Source: an uncultured Gammaproteobacteria bacterium (GTDB lineage: Bacteria > Patescibacteriota > Patescibacteriia > UBA1558 > 2-01-FULL-52-15). From it: a stretch of 64,000 bases of DNA. The DNA is taken from contig CAYRBH010000004.1 of the NCBI GenBank assembly GCA_964422585.1, positions 886 to 64,885 of the forward strand, given 5' to 3'. The notes beneath the pieces are model-generated. The model made no database searches. It saw nothing but the letters and a program-made list of their open reading frames with translations, and had not been told where the DNA came from. The position numbers were made by a program, and so were the translations under genes. This document shows positions 37,295 to 47,778 of this stretch, piece by piece. Position 1 is the first letter of the stretch. Each line of letters begins with the position of its first letter.

Positions 37295-39088
37295 TCAAAC
37301 CTCAATGATGACAGGCAGTATCATTGGTCGACGTTCTGTTTTCTGGTAGATGAACTGACCAAGATCATTCCTGATTTTATCTTTGAGATAACTGTCATTC
37401 ACCTCATTCGATGGTTTGTTGTGGCCGGTAATGATGGATTTTATTTTCGCGCGTATCAGCTCGACGAGCTTCTTGTTCTCGCGCATATAGATGAAACCGC
37501 GAGAAATGATGTCGGGTGAGTTGATCAGCTTACCGCTTCTGCCATTGACGGTCGCAATGACCACGATCATACCATCCTCAGCCATCATTTGTCGGTCACG
37601 CAGGACGACTTGTGATACATCGCCGACCCCTAGACCATCAACGAATACATGATCAGTAGGTACTTTGTGCTTTGTGAGGAAGCCTCCGCGCGAACTGAAC
37701 TCGAGCACCTGGCCATTATCAGGGATGAAGATGTTCTTCTCAGGGATACCGGCGCGCATCGCAATCTTGGCATGGAGCTTCAGGAATGAGTGGTGACCGT
37801 GTATCGGCATGAAGTACTTCGGCTTGACCATGGTTATCATATCGTAGAGGTCTTCAGCTTTCGCGTGGCCGCCGGCATGCACATCCATCATCTGATAGTG
37901 GATGACTTCGGCGCCGAGGCGATAGAGCTGATCCTTCAGTTTCTGTACTGAGCGTTCATTGCCTGGGACGACCGAGGAAGAGAAGACAACCGTGTCGCCC
38001 TTCTCAATGGAGATGGTCTGATGTTCTCGATTCGCGATGCGCATGAGCACGGCCCGATCTTCGCCTTGTGCTCCGGTGCACATAATGACAATTTTGTTGC
38101 TCGGATAGTCGGCCATTTCCTTATTGCTGATGATTGTGCCGCGTTTCATTTTCATATAGCCGAGCGCTTGGGCAAGCTCCACGTTCCGTTTCATACTGTA
38201 GCCTTCGATGACCACTTTCTTGTTCAGTTTTTCTGCTGCCCAGATGATCTGCTGTATACGGGCTATCAGCGAGGAGAAGGTGCCGACGATAACGCGGCCT
38301 GGCGCATCAGCCAAGATCTGGTCAATGTTGGTTTGGATCTCACCTTCAGTGAGCTGTCGACCTGGACTTTTCGCGTCGGTCGAATCTTGCAGGAGGATGA
38401 GGACCGAACCATCGCCGAGTTTCTTGATTTTTTCGATCTCAGCTGGTCGATCGCCTGAATAACTTGGATCAAGTTTGAAGTCGCCGGTATGTACGATCTT
38501 GCCGAACGGCGTTTCGATGACCACTCCCATAGAATCGGGGATATTATGGCTCACGCCGAAAAAGGTCACGCGGAAGCTGCCCAGCTTCAAAATAGTCTCT
38601 CGATCTATAGCCTTGAGGTTCAAAGGGGCTGTTTTGAAGTCTTCTTGACGTTTCGCAATGATGCCTAGGGTCAAGGGTAATCCGTAGATAGTAGGATTTC
38701 CAAGTCGCGGGATCAGGTGCGGTATGCCGCCGATATGGTCATAGTGGCCATGCGTGATGATCACGCCGCGGATATTTTTTTCTTTGCCTTTGAGGTATTC
38801 GATGTTCGGAATGATATAATCGATCCCGTGCATATCTTCCTCGGGCCATTGGAGACCCATATCGACGATAAGGATGTCATGACCATACTCGATGAGGGTC
38901 ATGTTGCGGCCGATTTCCTCGACGCCGCCTAAGGGAATGATGCGGACGACGCCGTCATTCGCGAGCGCGCGTGGATTGCGATCGATGATGATGTCGTCAG
39001 GATGCGGTTTACGGATAGGCATTCGGTGTCTACCCATGGGACGGGCGCCTCGGCTGAGACGCCGCTGTGGTTTTCGTGCTGGTACCAT
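37295..39088 (-). CDS. rnj: Ribonuclease J (beta-CASP metallo-beta-lactamase RNase)
   Basis: ITHGHYDHIGG (motif 2), beta-CASP motifs, and a C-terminal domain. 597 aa with a basic N-terminal extension. Confidence 0.9.
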   Translation of the reverse strand: MVPARKPQRRLSRGARPMGRHRMPIRKPHPDDIIIDRNPRALANDGVVRIIPLGGVEEIGRNMTLIEYGHDILIVDMGLQWPEEDMHGIDYIIPNIEYLKGKEKNIRGVIITHGHYDHIGGIPHLIPRLGNPTIYGLPLTLGIIAKRQEDFKTAPLNLKAIDRETILKLGSFRVTFFGVSHNIPDSMGVVIETPFGKIVHTGDFKLDPSYSGDRPAEIEKIKKLGDGSVLILLQDSTDAKSPGRQLTEGEIQTNIDQILADAPGRVIVGTFSSLIARIQQIIWAAEKLNKKVVIEGYSMKRNVELAQALGYMKMKRGTIISNKEMADYPSNKIVIMCTGAQGEDRAVLMRIANREHQTISIEKGDTVVFSSSVVPGNERSVQKLKDQLYRLGAEVIHYQMMDVHAGGHAKAEDLYDMITMVKPKYFMPIHGHHSFLKLHAKIAMRAGIPEKNIFIPDNGQVLEFSSRGGFLTKHKVPTDHVFVDGLGVGDVSQVVLRDRQMMAEDGMIVVIATVNGRSGKLINSPDIISRGFIYMRENKKLVELIRAKIKSIITGHNKPSNEVNDSYLKDKIRNDLGQFIYQKTERRPMILPVIIEV

Positions 39089-39122
39089 ACTGTGTTTCTT
39101 TCTTCTTAGATTGTAGCGGCCG

Positions 39123-40904
39123 CTATTTCAGTTGCCGCTTCGTCGCAACGTACCAATGAGTGATGCCGTTGAAACGATCTGAAGGCGTCGCGATATGTTG
39201 TAGATCATCTGCGCCCTGAATATCTTTACCGAGAGGGTACAGATAGGTCGGGTTGTAGAGGAATATCGCGAACACTTCGTTGGTTAGTTTAGTTTCAAAT
39301 TTTTGATAGAGCGCTTGCTGCGCGGCAGGATCGGTAGTAGCGCGCAGTTGCTCCAATGCCGCGTCAATATCCTTATTGGCAAGTACCGAGAGGTTATTGC
39401 CCGGATTCTTATCCTGGCTGGAATGCCAGAAGGCGTACATATCTTGATTCGATACGAGGATCTGGGCGAACAACAATACTTGATAGTCTCGCGGTTCGAT
39501 GCGATCCTTTTTTATTTTTGTTTTATCGACTACCTGCAGGTCTACGTTGATACCCAGCGCCTCCCAGTTCTCTTTGATGATATTCGCAGCAGTGACATTC
39601 TCTTGCTGATCGCTGGTTGTCAGCGCAATATTGAGTTGCGCCTTGTCTTTCATGCGTACTGTGCTGGTGGCGGTGCGTTTCCAGCCTGCAGCATCGAGCA
39701 TGCTGTTCGCGCTGGTAGGGTCATAGGCATAATGCGCCCGTCCGTCATCCGGAGTCGCTGCACTCAGGATGAGAGGCGTGTCTACGACATTGCCGCTGCC
39801 TTGTATCGCTTCACGAACGATGCGGTCGCGATCGATCCCTAGGGCCAAGGCTTTGCGGATAGCCGTATCTTTCAGTACGGGGTTCTTCTCAGGATTGAAG
39901 AAGAGCGCATTATACTGCGGAATGACGAGGTTTTTGAGCTGTACGGAATGAATCTTCTCCAGGTCATCTTTATACTCTAAAGGGGCAGAGCCAAGGCCGT
40001 CGACATTTTTATTTTTCAAAGCATCCAGGGCAGTATCAAAGTCAGGATAGAATTTAAAGGTCAATTCGCTGATGGATGGTACCTGCCCATAGTATTTCGT
40101 ATTGCGTTCAAGCGTGATACTGCGAATCGTACCAACGGTATCTTTGGTAAGCGTTTTGAAAGAGTAGGGACCTGAGCCTATTGGCCGGATATTGGCTTCG
40201 GCAAGGCTTGCTTGGCTCGGTGGTATGGAATACCACAGATGCTGTGGAATGATACCGACGGTCATGGTCGACAGAAATGAGGGGAATGGTTGCTGCAAGG
40301 TGAATGAAATGGTCTTATCGTCGATGCGATTCACCTGGACGCCCGCGAAACTAACGCGGAGCGGGCTCTTGAACGCAGGATCCTGTATCGAAGTGATCGT
40401 ATAGACTATGTCATCGGCATTCAGAGTCTCGCCATCATGCCAGACAAGGTTATCGCGTAATGTGAAGGTGTATGTTTTTTGGTCTGGGCTCACGCTATAG
40501 TCTTTCGCGAGATCCGTAACGAGCGAACCGTCGGTGTCAGTACGCATCAGGCCGGAGAATACAAGCGAGCTGAGATCCCGATCGACGTGATTGCCAGGAG
40601 CCAAGAGCGGGTTGATGAATCGAGGCTCGCCGATAAGTCCCTCAGCATAGGAGCCGCCGATGGCAGGGACGGGCACTGTTATCTGGAACCAGAGTCGGAT
40701 GATGAGCGCGATGAACGCTATGGTGGCGATCAGCACATTCAAACCAACGATTCTTTTCTGCTTCGTGTCGAGAAGCCTCGGCAGGTATCGGAGTTGGCCA
40801 AGGGATGGGAGTCTGCGCGACTGAAGCCGCTGGAGCATATGCAGATCCAGCTGTTCATGGGTTGTAGGAAGGGGTTTTTTGTTTTCGGACTTCTTCCAAA
40901 ACAA
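39123..40904 (-). CDS. Extracellular solute-binding protein, family 5 (oligopeptide/nickel ABC-type), membrane-anchored
   Basis: N-terminal TM anchor, then an SBP_bac_5-like region (LVWHDGETLNADDIVYT). No permease or ATPase genes are adjacent. Confidence 0.65.
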   Translation of the reverse strand: MFWKKSENKKPLPTTHEQLDLHMLQRLQSRRLPSLGQLRYLPRLLDTKQKRIVGLNVLIATIAFIALIIRLWFQITVPVPAIGGSYAEGLIGEPRFINPLLAPGNHVDRDLSSLVFSGLMRTDTDGSLVTDLAKDYSVSPDQKTYTFTLRDNLVWHDGETLNADDIVYTITSIQDPAFKSPLRVSFAGVQVNRIDDKTISFTLQQPFPSFLSTMTVGIIPQHLWYSIPPSQASLAEANIRPIGSGPYSFKTLTKDTVGTIRSITLERNTKYYGQVPSISELTFKFYPDFDTALDALKNKNVDGLGSAPLEYKDDLEKIHSVQLKNLVIPQYNALFFNPEKNPVLKDTAIRKALALGIDRDRIVREAIQGSGNVVDTPLILSAATPDDGRAHYAYDPTSANSMLDAAGWKRTATSTVRMKDKAQLNIALTTSDQQENVTAANIIKENWEALGINVDLQVVDKTKIKKDRIEPRDYQVLLFAQILVSNQDMYAFWHSSQDKNPGNNLSVLANKDIDAALEQLRATTDPAAQQALYQKFETKLTNEVFAIFLYNPTYLYPLGKDIQGADDLQHIATPSDRFNGITHWYVATKRQLK

Positions 40905-40966
40905 AAGAAGCTTTTTGGCTCTAGACCAAACCCCAGAAATGAAGCTGATAGGGTTTATGTAAATGA

Positions 40967-41185
40967 TTAACTAACAAAGAGATGAGCAAATGATATTGCC
41001 AGGAAGAGTATTGCAAGCACGATGGTCGCACGGAAGATGATCTTCTCAGCGCCCCGCTTCGTGCGGTAAATGGTCGAACTACCGCCAAAAGCCATCCCGA
41101 GGCCAGCGCCTTTCTGCTGGACCAAGATGAGCGTGATTAACAACACTGCAACTACAACTTGTAGTATATAAATCGTCAATTTCAT
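40967..41185 (-). CDS. secG: Preprotein translocase subunit SecG
   Basis: 72 aa, two TM helices and the LLITLILVQQ.KG.GLG signature. Confidence 0.8.
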   Translation of the reverse strand: MKLTIYILQVVVAVLLITLILVQQKGAGLGMAFGGSSTIYRTKRGAEKIIFRATIVLAILFLAISFAHLFVS

Positions 41186-41284
41186 AGGAAACTCACAATG
41201 AAGCTATAGTAGCAGGTTTTGTTCAGACTGTCAATGCTCATGTATAAAATCCATTAGTTTTTTATTCATTACCGCCTCCGCGGC

Positions 41285-41345
41285 GGAGCGGCAGGGGGCC
41301 AGGGACTCAGAGTTACGAAGCTCGTCCCTGCGCCCCCTGCCCTGG
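41285..41345. repeat. Long GC-rich inverted repeat (ggcagggggccagggac ... gtccctgcgccccctgcc) plus an adjacent ccgcc/ggcgg hairpin
   Basis: About 17-bp imperfect stem. Lies between the 55-aa ORF/uvrC operon and secG. No U-tract on either strand. Confidence 0.5.
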
Positions 41346-41491
41346 CACGTTCTCCTACGGAGTGTGTGGTGTCCGTTGCTATGGACCTTTTATTTTGATT
41401 GCGCCTGTGCTTCGCTCCGGCGCGTTATTCACAAAGAAAAAACCACCGTGTGTACGATGGTCTTTCTGTAGAACCGAAGGGCCCTCAGAAA

Positions 41492-41659
41492 TTAGGATCC
41501 TCTTCGTTTGCGCGGATGTCCGATCGGGTGTCGCTCGATCTCTTCGCCGAGTTGGGCATAGTATGCATCCTCGGCGGCTTCGTTCGCCTCTTCTTTGGTT
41601 GGGCCGTAGCGCTTCCGAATCTCTTCGGATGTCAGTTTTTGGAGCTCTTCCGGTGTCAT
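41492..41659 (-). CDS. 55-aa hydrophilic ORF downstream of uvrC with a strong SD (GAGGAGGAAAGG)
   Basis: MTPEELQKLTSEEIRKRYGPTKEEANEAAEDAYYAQLGEEIERHPIGHPRKRRGS. AGGAGG sits 8 nt before ATG. Preferred over the overlapping Arg-rich 114-aa frame. Confidence 0.45.
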   Translation of the reverse strand: MTPEELQKLTSEEIRKRYGPTKEEANEAAEDAYYAQLGEEIERHPIGHPRKRRGS

Positions 41660-41724
41660 GAACCTTTCCTCCTCGTGAGAATGAACCTGAAATCACTGTA
41701 CCTTTGGTGAGAGTAGTGGTCAAG

Positions 41725-43308
41725 CTACTTTTTCCAATTCTTTTTATGCGTTAATCGATAGTAACCAATGGCTTTTCTATGCACTTCGTCGCGTAGTTTC
41801 CTGAGGAAAAGGATGGCCGGATCACTCTTTGATTTCTGTATGCTCTTTGCCCGTCCTGGTATGAAAAGCTCTTCTTGTCGTTTTGCCAGAGCCGCGACTT
41901 TCTCTTTCCAGGCAGGTAAGAGTATAGGATATACGGTATGCAACTGCGGTTTGCCGCCATCAAGGAGTATCAGGTCTGGTTCGCCCCATTCTGGATGGTT
42001 GCTGCGGCGCTGTAGCATCTCGCGCATCATGGCGACATCATTCGATCCTTTCACGGTCTTGATCTTGAAACGTTTATACTCGGATGGTTTCAGAACGCCA
42101 TTGATTGCGACAACCATGGCCCCGACGGCGAAGCTCCCTTGTATGTTTGAAATATCATAGACCTCGATACGTCGCGGGAGTTGTGTAAGTCCGAGTATCT
42201 CCTGGACGCGGTATACATGATCTGGCAGGGGGCGGGTCTTGGTCGCAGTGTGATAGTAGAGAGCGGCATTCTTTTCTGCTATGTCGAGGAATTTTTTCTG
42301 GGCACCGCGCTGAGGTGTGCGGATGATCAATGGTGCCAAAGCTTTTACGGCCACAGCGCTGAGAGTAAGTGGCACGAGGAGCTCTTGGGGCTTCAGGGCC
42401 GGCGGCGCATAGTATTGCAGTACAAATGATTCGAGTAGCTCATCTTTTTCTAGAGCCAGTGTATTGTCCATCAGGTAGCTAAGCTTATCCTGTATCTGTC
42501 CACGGCGGATCTGCAGGACTGTGATGACGACTTTCGTGTCGATACGCACGATCCCGATGATGTCGCGATTATACTGTTCATGCGAAATAACATTCTGAGG
42601 TTCATAGACATTTTCCCAGGCCTTGATCTTATCCCGTAAGACCGCAGCTTGTTCGAAGTGATTCGTCCGGGAAAAGTTGGTCATTTCTTTCCGCAGTTCA
42701 TCAATGATGTACTTCCCTTCTCCGCGGAGGATCCGTCGCGCTTTCTCGATCAGAACATCATACTCATTCACGCCTATCTTCTTCTCACACGGCCCTAGGC
42801 AATTGCCGAGGTGGTACTGCATGCAGACAATGCCGTTCGGCAGTTTCGAGAGATCGCGCTTGCAGGTGCGTAAGGGTAAGATGCGATGTATCAGCCGTAC
42901 TATGGTACGAGCTGCATTGCCCGATGTATACGGACCGAAATACTCGCCTTTCATAATCTTCCTGCCATGGCTGGTCATGACGCGCGGGAACGGTTCTTTC
43001 GTGATGACGATATAGGTCCAGGTTTTATCATCACGGAGCACGATATTGTATTTGGGTTGATACTTCTTGATGAGCCCTGCTTCCAGTAGCAAAGCTTCTT
43101 TTTCTGAATGCACCGCGATAACATCGAAGTCCTTAATCTCCCGTACCATCTGCTGCTTGGAAGGCGAGAGTTCAGCTTCCTTCACGAAATAAGAACGGAC
43201 CCTATTTTTGAGGTTCTTTGCTTTGCCAATATAGATGAGCAGCCCTTCTGCATTATAGAAGCGATAGATGCCAGGAGATGGTGGCAGACTGGTTAGATTC
43301 GGTTTCAT
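41725..43308 (-). CDS. uvrC: Excinuclease ABC subunit C
   Basis: N-terminal GIY-YIG (GIYRFYNAEGLLIYIGKAKNLKNRVRSYF), a UvrBC-interaction region, and a C-terminal RNase H-like/HhH region. Confidence 0.9.
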   Translation of the reverse strand: MKPNLTSLPPSPGIYRFYNAEGLLIYIGKAKNLKNRVRSYFVKEAELSPSKQQMVREIKDFDVIAVHSEKEALLLEAGLIKKYQPKYNIVLRDDKTWTYIVITKEPFPRVMTSHGRKIMKGEYFGPYTSGNAARTIVRLIHRILPLRTCKRDLSKLPNGIVCMQYHLGNCLGPCEKKIGVNEYDVLIEKARRILRGEGKYIIDELRKEMTNFSRTNHFEQAAVLRDKIKAWENVYEPQNVISHEQYNRDIIGIVRIDTKVVITVLQIRRGQIQDKLSYLMDNTLALEKDELLESFVLQYYAPPALKPQELLVPLTLSAVAVKALAPLIIRTPQRGAQKKFLDIAEKNAALYYHTATKTRPLPDHVYRVQEILGLTQLPRRIEVYDISNIQGSFAVGAMVVAINGVLKPSEYKRFKIKTVKGSNDVAMMREMLQRRSNHPEWGEPDLILLDGGKPQLHTVYPILLPAWKEKVAALAKRQEELFIPGRAKSIQKSKSDPAILFLRKLRDEVHRKAIGYYRLTHKKNWKK

Positions 43309-43435
43309 TCGAAAAGTGTAGCTTTTTTGTTATTTTTTAACAATCGAATGAGTTTTTGTTCTTGGGCTACTGTTGACGAGATAGGCGACTAGCAGTATAC
43401 TGTCCGCTAGTTTATATTTTTTACTCCCAACGAGC

Positions 43436-46276
43436 ATGTCCAATAGTATCGTCATCAAGGGAGCCAGGGTGCACAATCTCAAGAATATCTCACTCGAGTT
43501 GCCTCGTGATAAGTTTATTGTTATCACGGGGCTTTCTGGTTCTGGGAAGTCATCGCTCGCTTTCGACACGATCTATGCCGAAGGCCAGCGTCGCTATGTA
43601 GAATCATTGTCCGCCTATGCGCGCCAGTTCTTGGGGTTAATGGACAAGCCCGATGTGGATCAGATCGACGGATTGTCGCCGGCCATCTCGATAGATCAGA
43701 AGTCGACCTCCAGAAATCCACGCTCGACGGTCGGTACGGTCACTGAGATCTACGATTATTTACGACTACTCTATGCGCGCATCGGAGTGCCACATTGTCC
43801 GAAATGCGGCCGTTCGGTGAAGCAGCAGACGCAGAAGCAAATGCTTGATGTCATCCTGGATCACCCGAAAGGAACTCAGATGATGATTTTAGCGCCGATG
43901 ATCAAGGATCAGAAAGGCGAGCATAAGAAGACCTTGTTGCAAGTGGAGAAAGCTGGCTATGCGCGCGTGCGTCTCGATGGAGATATCATGCCTACGGACG
44001 AAGCGCTCAAGGAGAATCTGGATAAGCAGAAGAAGCACTCGATCGATGTGGTTGTCGATCGCATAGATCTCAATGGTTCCGATGAGGTGAAGAAGCGCCT
44101 GGCATCTTCGCTTGAGACCGCCTTAGATCTTGGCAATGGCATGGTACTCATACGCCAGAATGACAGCGGCGAGGATACGATCATGAGCGAAGCTTTCGCC
44201 TGTGCCTTCTGTGGTATTAGCTTGCCGCCGATCGAGCCGCGTAACTTCTCATTCAACAGCCCGCACGGCGCCTGCCCGGCCTGCTCCGGCTTAGGCACGA
44301 AATTAGAAGTCGATCCTGATCTGGTTATACCGAATAAGAAGCTGACATTGGCTGAAGGCGCTATTCGTCCCTGGTCTCGCACAGCTTCATCGCAAGGCTG
44401 GTATATGAAAATGCTAACTGCCGCCGCGAAGAAGTACAAGTTCTCTATGAATGCTCCGGTCTCAAAACTCACGCCGAAACAGCTGGATGTCATCCTGAAC
44501 GGTACTGGTGAAGATGTCTATACCATCGATATCGATGGTGAACGCTTCCAGGGTGATTTTTCTACGACCTATGAAGGAGTTATTCCAAATCTCGAACGTC
44601 GCTACCGTGAGACCGACTCGGACTATATCCGCAGTGAGATTGAGAAGTATATGCGGGTGTATCTCTGCCCGAAATGCGAAGGCAAACGACTGAAGCCGGA
44701 AGTCCTGTCGGTATTGATCGATGATAAGAATATAGCGCAAGTTTCTAATCTGACCATTGCTGACGCGGGAGCGTTCTTCAAGCAGTTGGTGAAGATGATG
44801 ACCGAGCGCGAGACCAAGATCGCGTTCCAGATTCTGAAGGAGATACAGGCGCGGCTGCAATTCTTGAAGAATGTCGGTCTTGAGTATCTGACCCTCGATC
44901 GTGGTTCAGCGACCTTGTCCGGTGGTGAAGCGCAGCGTATTCGCCTCGCGACCCAGATCGGCTCATCGCTCGTCGGCGTCATCTATATTCTCGACGAACC
45001 ATCAGTCGGACTGCATCAGCGTGATAATGATAAGCTCATCGCTACCTTAAAGGCATTGCGGGACCTCGGGAATACAGTCATCGTGGTTGAACATGATCAC
45101 GATACTATCATGGAAGCTGACTATGTCGTTGACATAGGTCCTGGCGCTGGCAAGCATGGTGGCGAAGTGGTCGCACAAGGCACGCCGGAGCAATTGAAGA
45201 AACATTCGAAGTCGCTCACGGGTCAGTACTTAGCTGGCAAGCTGAAGCTCGATTTGCCGAAGAAGTATCGAGTCGGTAACAGCAAGTATATCAATATTTA
45301 CGGAGCCTCTGAGAACAATTTGAAACATATCGATGTCGGTATTCCGTTGGGTAAATTTGTATGCCTGACCGGTGTGTCTGGTTCAGGAAAGTCGACCTTG
45401 ATGGTCGACATTCTCGCGAAGGCATTGTCGAAGCATTTCTATCAAGCGAAGGATGAGCCGGGCAAGCATAAGAAGATAGACGGCTTAGACAATATCGACA
45501 AGGTCATTGATATTGATCAGTCGCCCATTGGCCGTACGCCACGATCGAATCCCGCGACCTATACGGGAGTCTTTACCTATATACGAGATCTGTTCGCGAT
45601 GCTCCCGGAAGCGAATATACGCGGTTATAAGGCTGGACGCTTCAGTTTCAATGTGAAGGGCGGCCGCTGTGAAGCATGCCAGGGCGATGGTTTGGTGAAG
45701 ATCGAGATGAACTTCTTGCCGGATGTGTATGTTGAATGTGAAGAGTGCCACGGTGCTCGCTACAACCAGCAGGCGTTGGAGATACACTATAAGGGAAAAA
45801 ATATTTCCGATGTCCTGAAGATGACAGTGGAGGAGGCGAAAGACTTTTTCTCGAACATTCCCAACATTTATTCAAAATTGAAGGTATTGGATGAGGTTGG
45901 TCTCAGCTATATACAGCTCGGGCAGTCAGCGACTACCTTGTCCGGCGGTGAAGCGCAGCGCATCAAGCTCGCGACCGAGCTCTCGAGACGCTCGACAGGC
46001 AAAACTTTGTATATTCTAGATGAGCCGACCACGGGGTTGCATTTCGTTGATGTGAAGCGGCTGCTGCAGGTGCTCAATAGACTCGTCGATAAGGGCAATA
46101 CGGTCCTCATTATTGAGCATAATCTTGACGTGATACAGTGCGCCGACTGGATCATCGACCTCGGACCTGAGGGTGGTGACAAGGGCGGCGAAGTGATTGC
46201 TTTTGGTACGCCGAAAGATGTCGCGAAAGTCGCGAAGTCTTTTACCGGTAAATACTTGAAGAAATACTTAAGCTAG
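43436..46276 (+). CDS. uvrA: Excinuclease ABC subunit A
   Basis: Two ABC ATPase modules ([14 protein letters not shown]; [10 protein letters not shown]) and zinc-finger CxxC pairs. 946 aa. Confidence 0.95.
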   Translation: MSNSIVIKGARVHNLKNISLELPRDKFIVITGLSGSGKSSLAFDTIYAEGQRRYVESLSAYARQFLGLMDKPDVDQIDGLSPAISIDQKSTSRNPRSTVGTVTEIYDYLRLLYARIGVPHCPKCGRSVKQQTQKQMLDVILDHPKGTQMMILAPMIKDQKGEHKKTLLQVEKAGYARVRLDGDIMPTDEALKENLDKQKKHSIDVVVDRIDLNGSDEVKKRLASSLETALDLGNGMVLIRQNDSGEDTIMSEAFACAFCGISLPPIEPRNFSFNSPHGACPACSGLGTKLEVDPDLVIPNKKLTLAEGAIRPWSRTASSQGWYMKMLTAAAKKYKFSMNAPVSKLTPKQLDVILNGTGEDVYTIDIDGERFQGDFSTTYEGVIPNLERRYRETDSDYIRSEIEKYMRVYLCPKCEGKRLKPEVLSVLIDDKNIAQVSNLTIADAGAFFKQLVKMMTERETKIAFQILKEIQARLQFLKNVGLEYLTLDRGSATLSGGEAQRIRLATQIGSSLVGVIYILDEPSVGLHQRDNDKLIATLKALRDLGNTVIVVEHDHDTIMEADYVVDIGPGAGKHGGEVVAQGTPEQLKKHSKSLTGQYLAGKLKLDLPKKYRVGNSKYINIYGASENNLKHIDVGIPLGKFVCLTGVSGSGKSTLMVDILAKALSKHFYQAKDEPGKHKKIDGLDNIDKVIDIDQSPIGRTPRSNPATYTGVFTYIRDLFAMLPEANIRGYKAGRFSFNVKGGRCEACQGDGLVKIEMNFLPDVYVECEECHGARYNQQALEIHYKGKNISDVLKMTVEEAKDFFSNIPNIYSKLKVLDEVGLSYIQLGQSATTLSGGEAQRIKLATELSRRSTGKTLYILDEPTTGLHFVDVKRLLQVLNRLVDKGNTVLIIEHNLDVIQCADWIIDLGPEGGDKGGEVIAFGTPKDVAKVAKSFTGKYLKKYLS

Positions 46277-46335
46277 AGTAGAGTTCAATTCTCGAGTTGT
46301 ACCTTCCATCTTCTCTCGGCTGAAAGGAGCGGATC

Positions 46336-46482
46336 ATGACGAGAGAAAGGATTTTTGAGCATACCGTCTGGGTATTATTTGTCACGTTGTGCTTCGTCTT
46401 CACCTTCCATCATCGGGTCATTGGCTGGTTCATGCGGTTCTGCCGCTTCTGCGACGAGATCTTCGAGAGTTTTGGCACCTGA
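46336..46482 (+). CDS. 48-aa hydrophobic ORF with a strong SD (AAAGGAG) just after uvrA
   Basis: MTRERIFEHTVWVLFVTLCFVFTFHHRVIGWFMRFCRFCDEIFESFGT has one TM-like segment. It overlaps an alternative 76-aa minus-strand ORF, so which one is real is unresolved. Confidence 0.25.
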   Translation: MTRERIFEHTVWVLFVTLCFVFTFHHRVIGWFMRFCRFCDEIFESFGT

Positions 46483-46827
46483 TGCTTCATTCGTCCGCCG
46501 AGGACAGGGGGGTACTTGCGTGGAAAAGCATAAGGCCACTTTCGTGCTGGTAGGCATCACCGCCGCAGGTTTGGTCGTCGGATCATTGCTCGGTCTCTTC
46601 GGCAAAACCCGGCGAGTCGGCGAGGACGCTGTTGCCGAACCTCCGAAAGAGAGGGGCTCGGTCAGCCAGGCGCCCTTTCAGGTCAAGCTCTTCGTTTTTG
46701 ACATCTGGCATCGGGCCCAGCCATTGCTCGACTTCGTGCGCCGTTCCTTCTAAGGCATGTACCCCATCAAGCTAACTTGGTGGGGTGCCTTTGTTTCTAC
46801 GGGGCGCGGTGCTATCATAATGGCACT

Positions 46828-47778
46828 ATGCAACGAACCGCGCTGGAAGCTTCACTGCTGAAAACACTCGCATATTTCGATATGTTCGAGTATCCGTTGA
46901 CCGCGACGGAACTGTGGAAGTATCTCTATCATCCGGAGTTGCCTGCTGCCGAGCGGAGCCTGAGTAGGGTCATAGAGGCACTTGAGCAGAGCGAACGGCT
47001 CCGGTCGCAGATCTCAGTTGTGGAAGGTTTCTATTGTCTCAAAGGACGTGAGGCTCTGATAGCTGAACGTAAGCGTCGCAATGATCGGGTTGATCATCAA
47101 ATGCGCAAGGCAGTGCGTATGGTTACCTGGTTGCGTTGGTTTCCCTGGATCAGGATGATTGCCTTGATTAGCTCCTTGCCGATGGGTAATGTGAAGGCAA
47201 GTAGTGATATCGATCTCTTCATCGTCGCGAAGAAGCAATATATCTGGCTGACACGTCTCTGTGCGGCAGGCTTCCTGAAAGTATTACGGCAGCGTCCTGA
47301 CGGGGACGTGTCCAAAGACAGATTCTGTCTGAGTTTTTTCGTCACGGAAGACGCATTGGATCTTGAGCCAGTATCCTTCGGACCAGACGATATTGTCTTT
47401 CAGTACTATGTAGCGAGTATACTGCCGATCTATGATCCGGATGGTCTCTACTCGGATCTGCTCAAGGCGAATAGGTGGCTCGCAAAGTATCTGCCGAACG
47501 CCCAGTTCGAGCAGCAGTTCGTGCATGAGGTGTTCTGTCCGGAATGGCTCTGGAAGGTACAATCGTGCATTGAGTTCATCACGTGGCCTTTCTTCAATGG
47601 CTATTTCGATGAATGGTACTGTAATTTACAGCTTCGCATCTTGCCTGAGCGGCTGAAATCGATCGCGAATATCGATTCGCGGGTGATCATCTCGGATCAG
47701 ATGCTGAAGTTTCATGACAAAGATAATCGCCACGAAGTAGTAAAGAAATGGCATGAACATATTCGGGCCTATGCTTAG
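46828..47778 (+). CDS. Nucleotidyltransferase-fold (Pol-beta-like) protein
   Basis: The motif GNVKASSDIDLFIV matches the hG[GS]x9–13DhD signature. About 317 aa. The ORF track extends upstream to 46777. Confidence 0.5.
   Translation: MQRTALEASLLKTLAYFDMFEYPLTATELWKYLYHPELPAAERSLSRVIEALEQSERLRSQISVVEGFYCLKGREALIAERKRRNDRVDHQMRKAVRMVTWLRWFPWIRMIALISSLPMGNVKASSDIDLFIVAKKQYIWLTRLCAAGFLKVLRQRPDGDVSKDRFCLSFFVTEDALDLEPVSFGPDDIVFQYYVASILPIYDPDGLYSDLLKANRWLAKYLPNAQFEQQFVHEVFCPEWLWKVQSCIEFITWPFFNGYFDEWYCNLQLRILPERLKSIANIDSRVIISDQMLKFHDKDNRHEVVKKWHEHIRAYA

Noticed and set aside
41379-41723. 114-aa Arg-rich minus-strand ORF downstream of uvrC
   Set aside because: Arg/Ser/Thr-rich low complexity without an RBS. 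The overlapping 55-aa frame with GAGGAGG-ATG is far more convincing.
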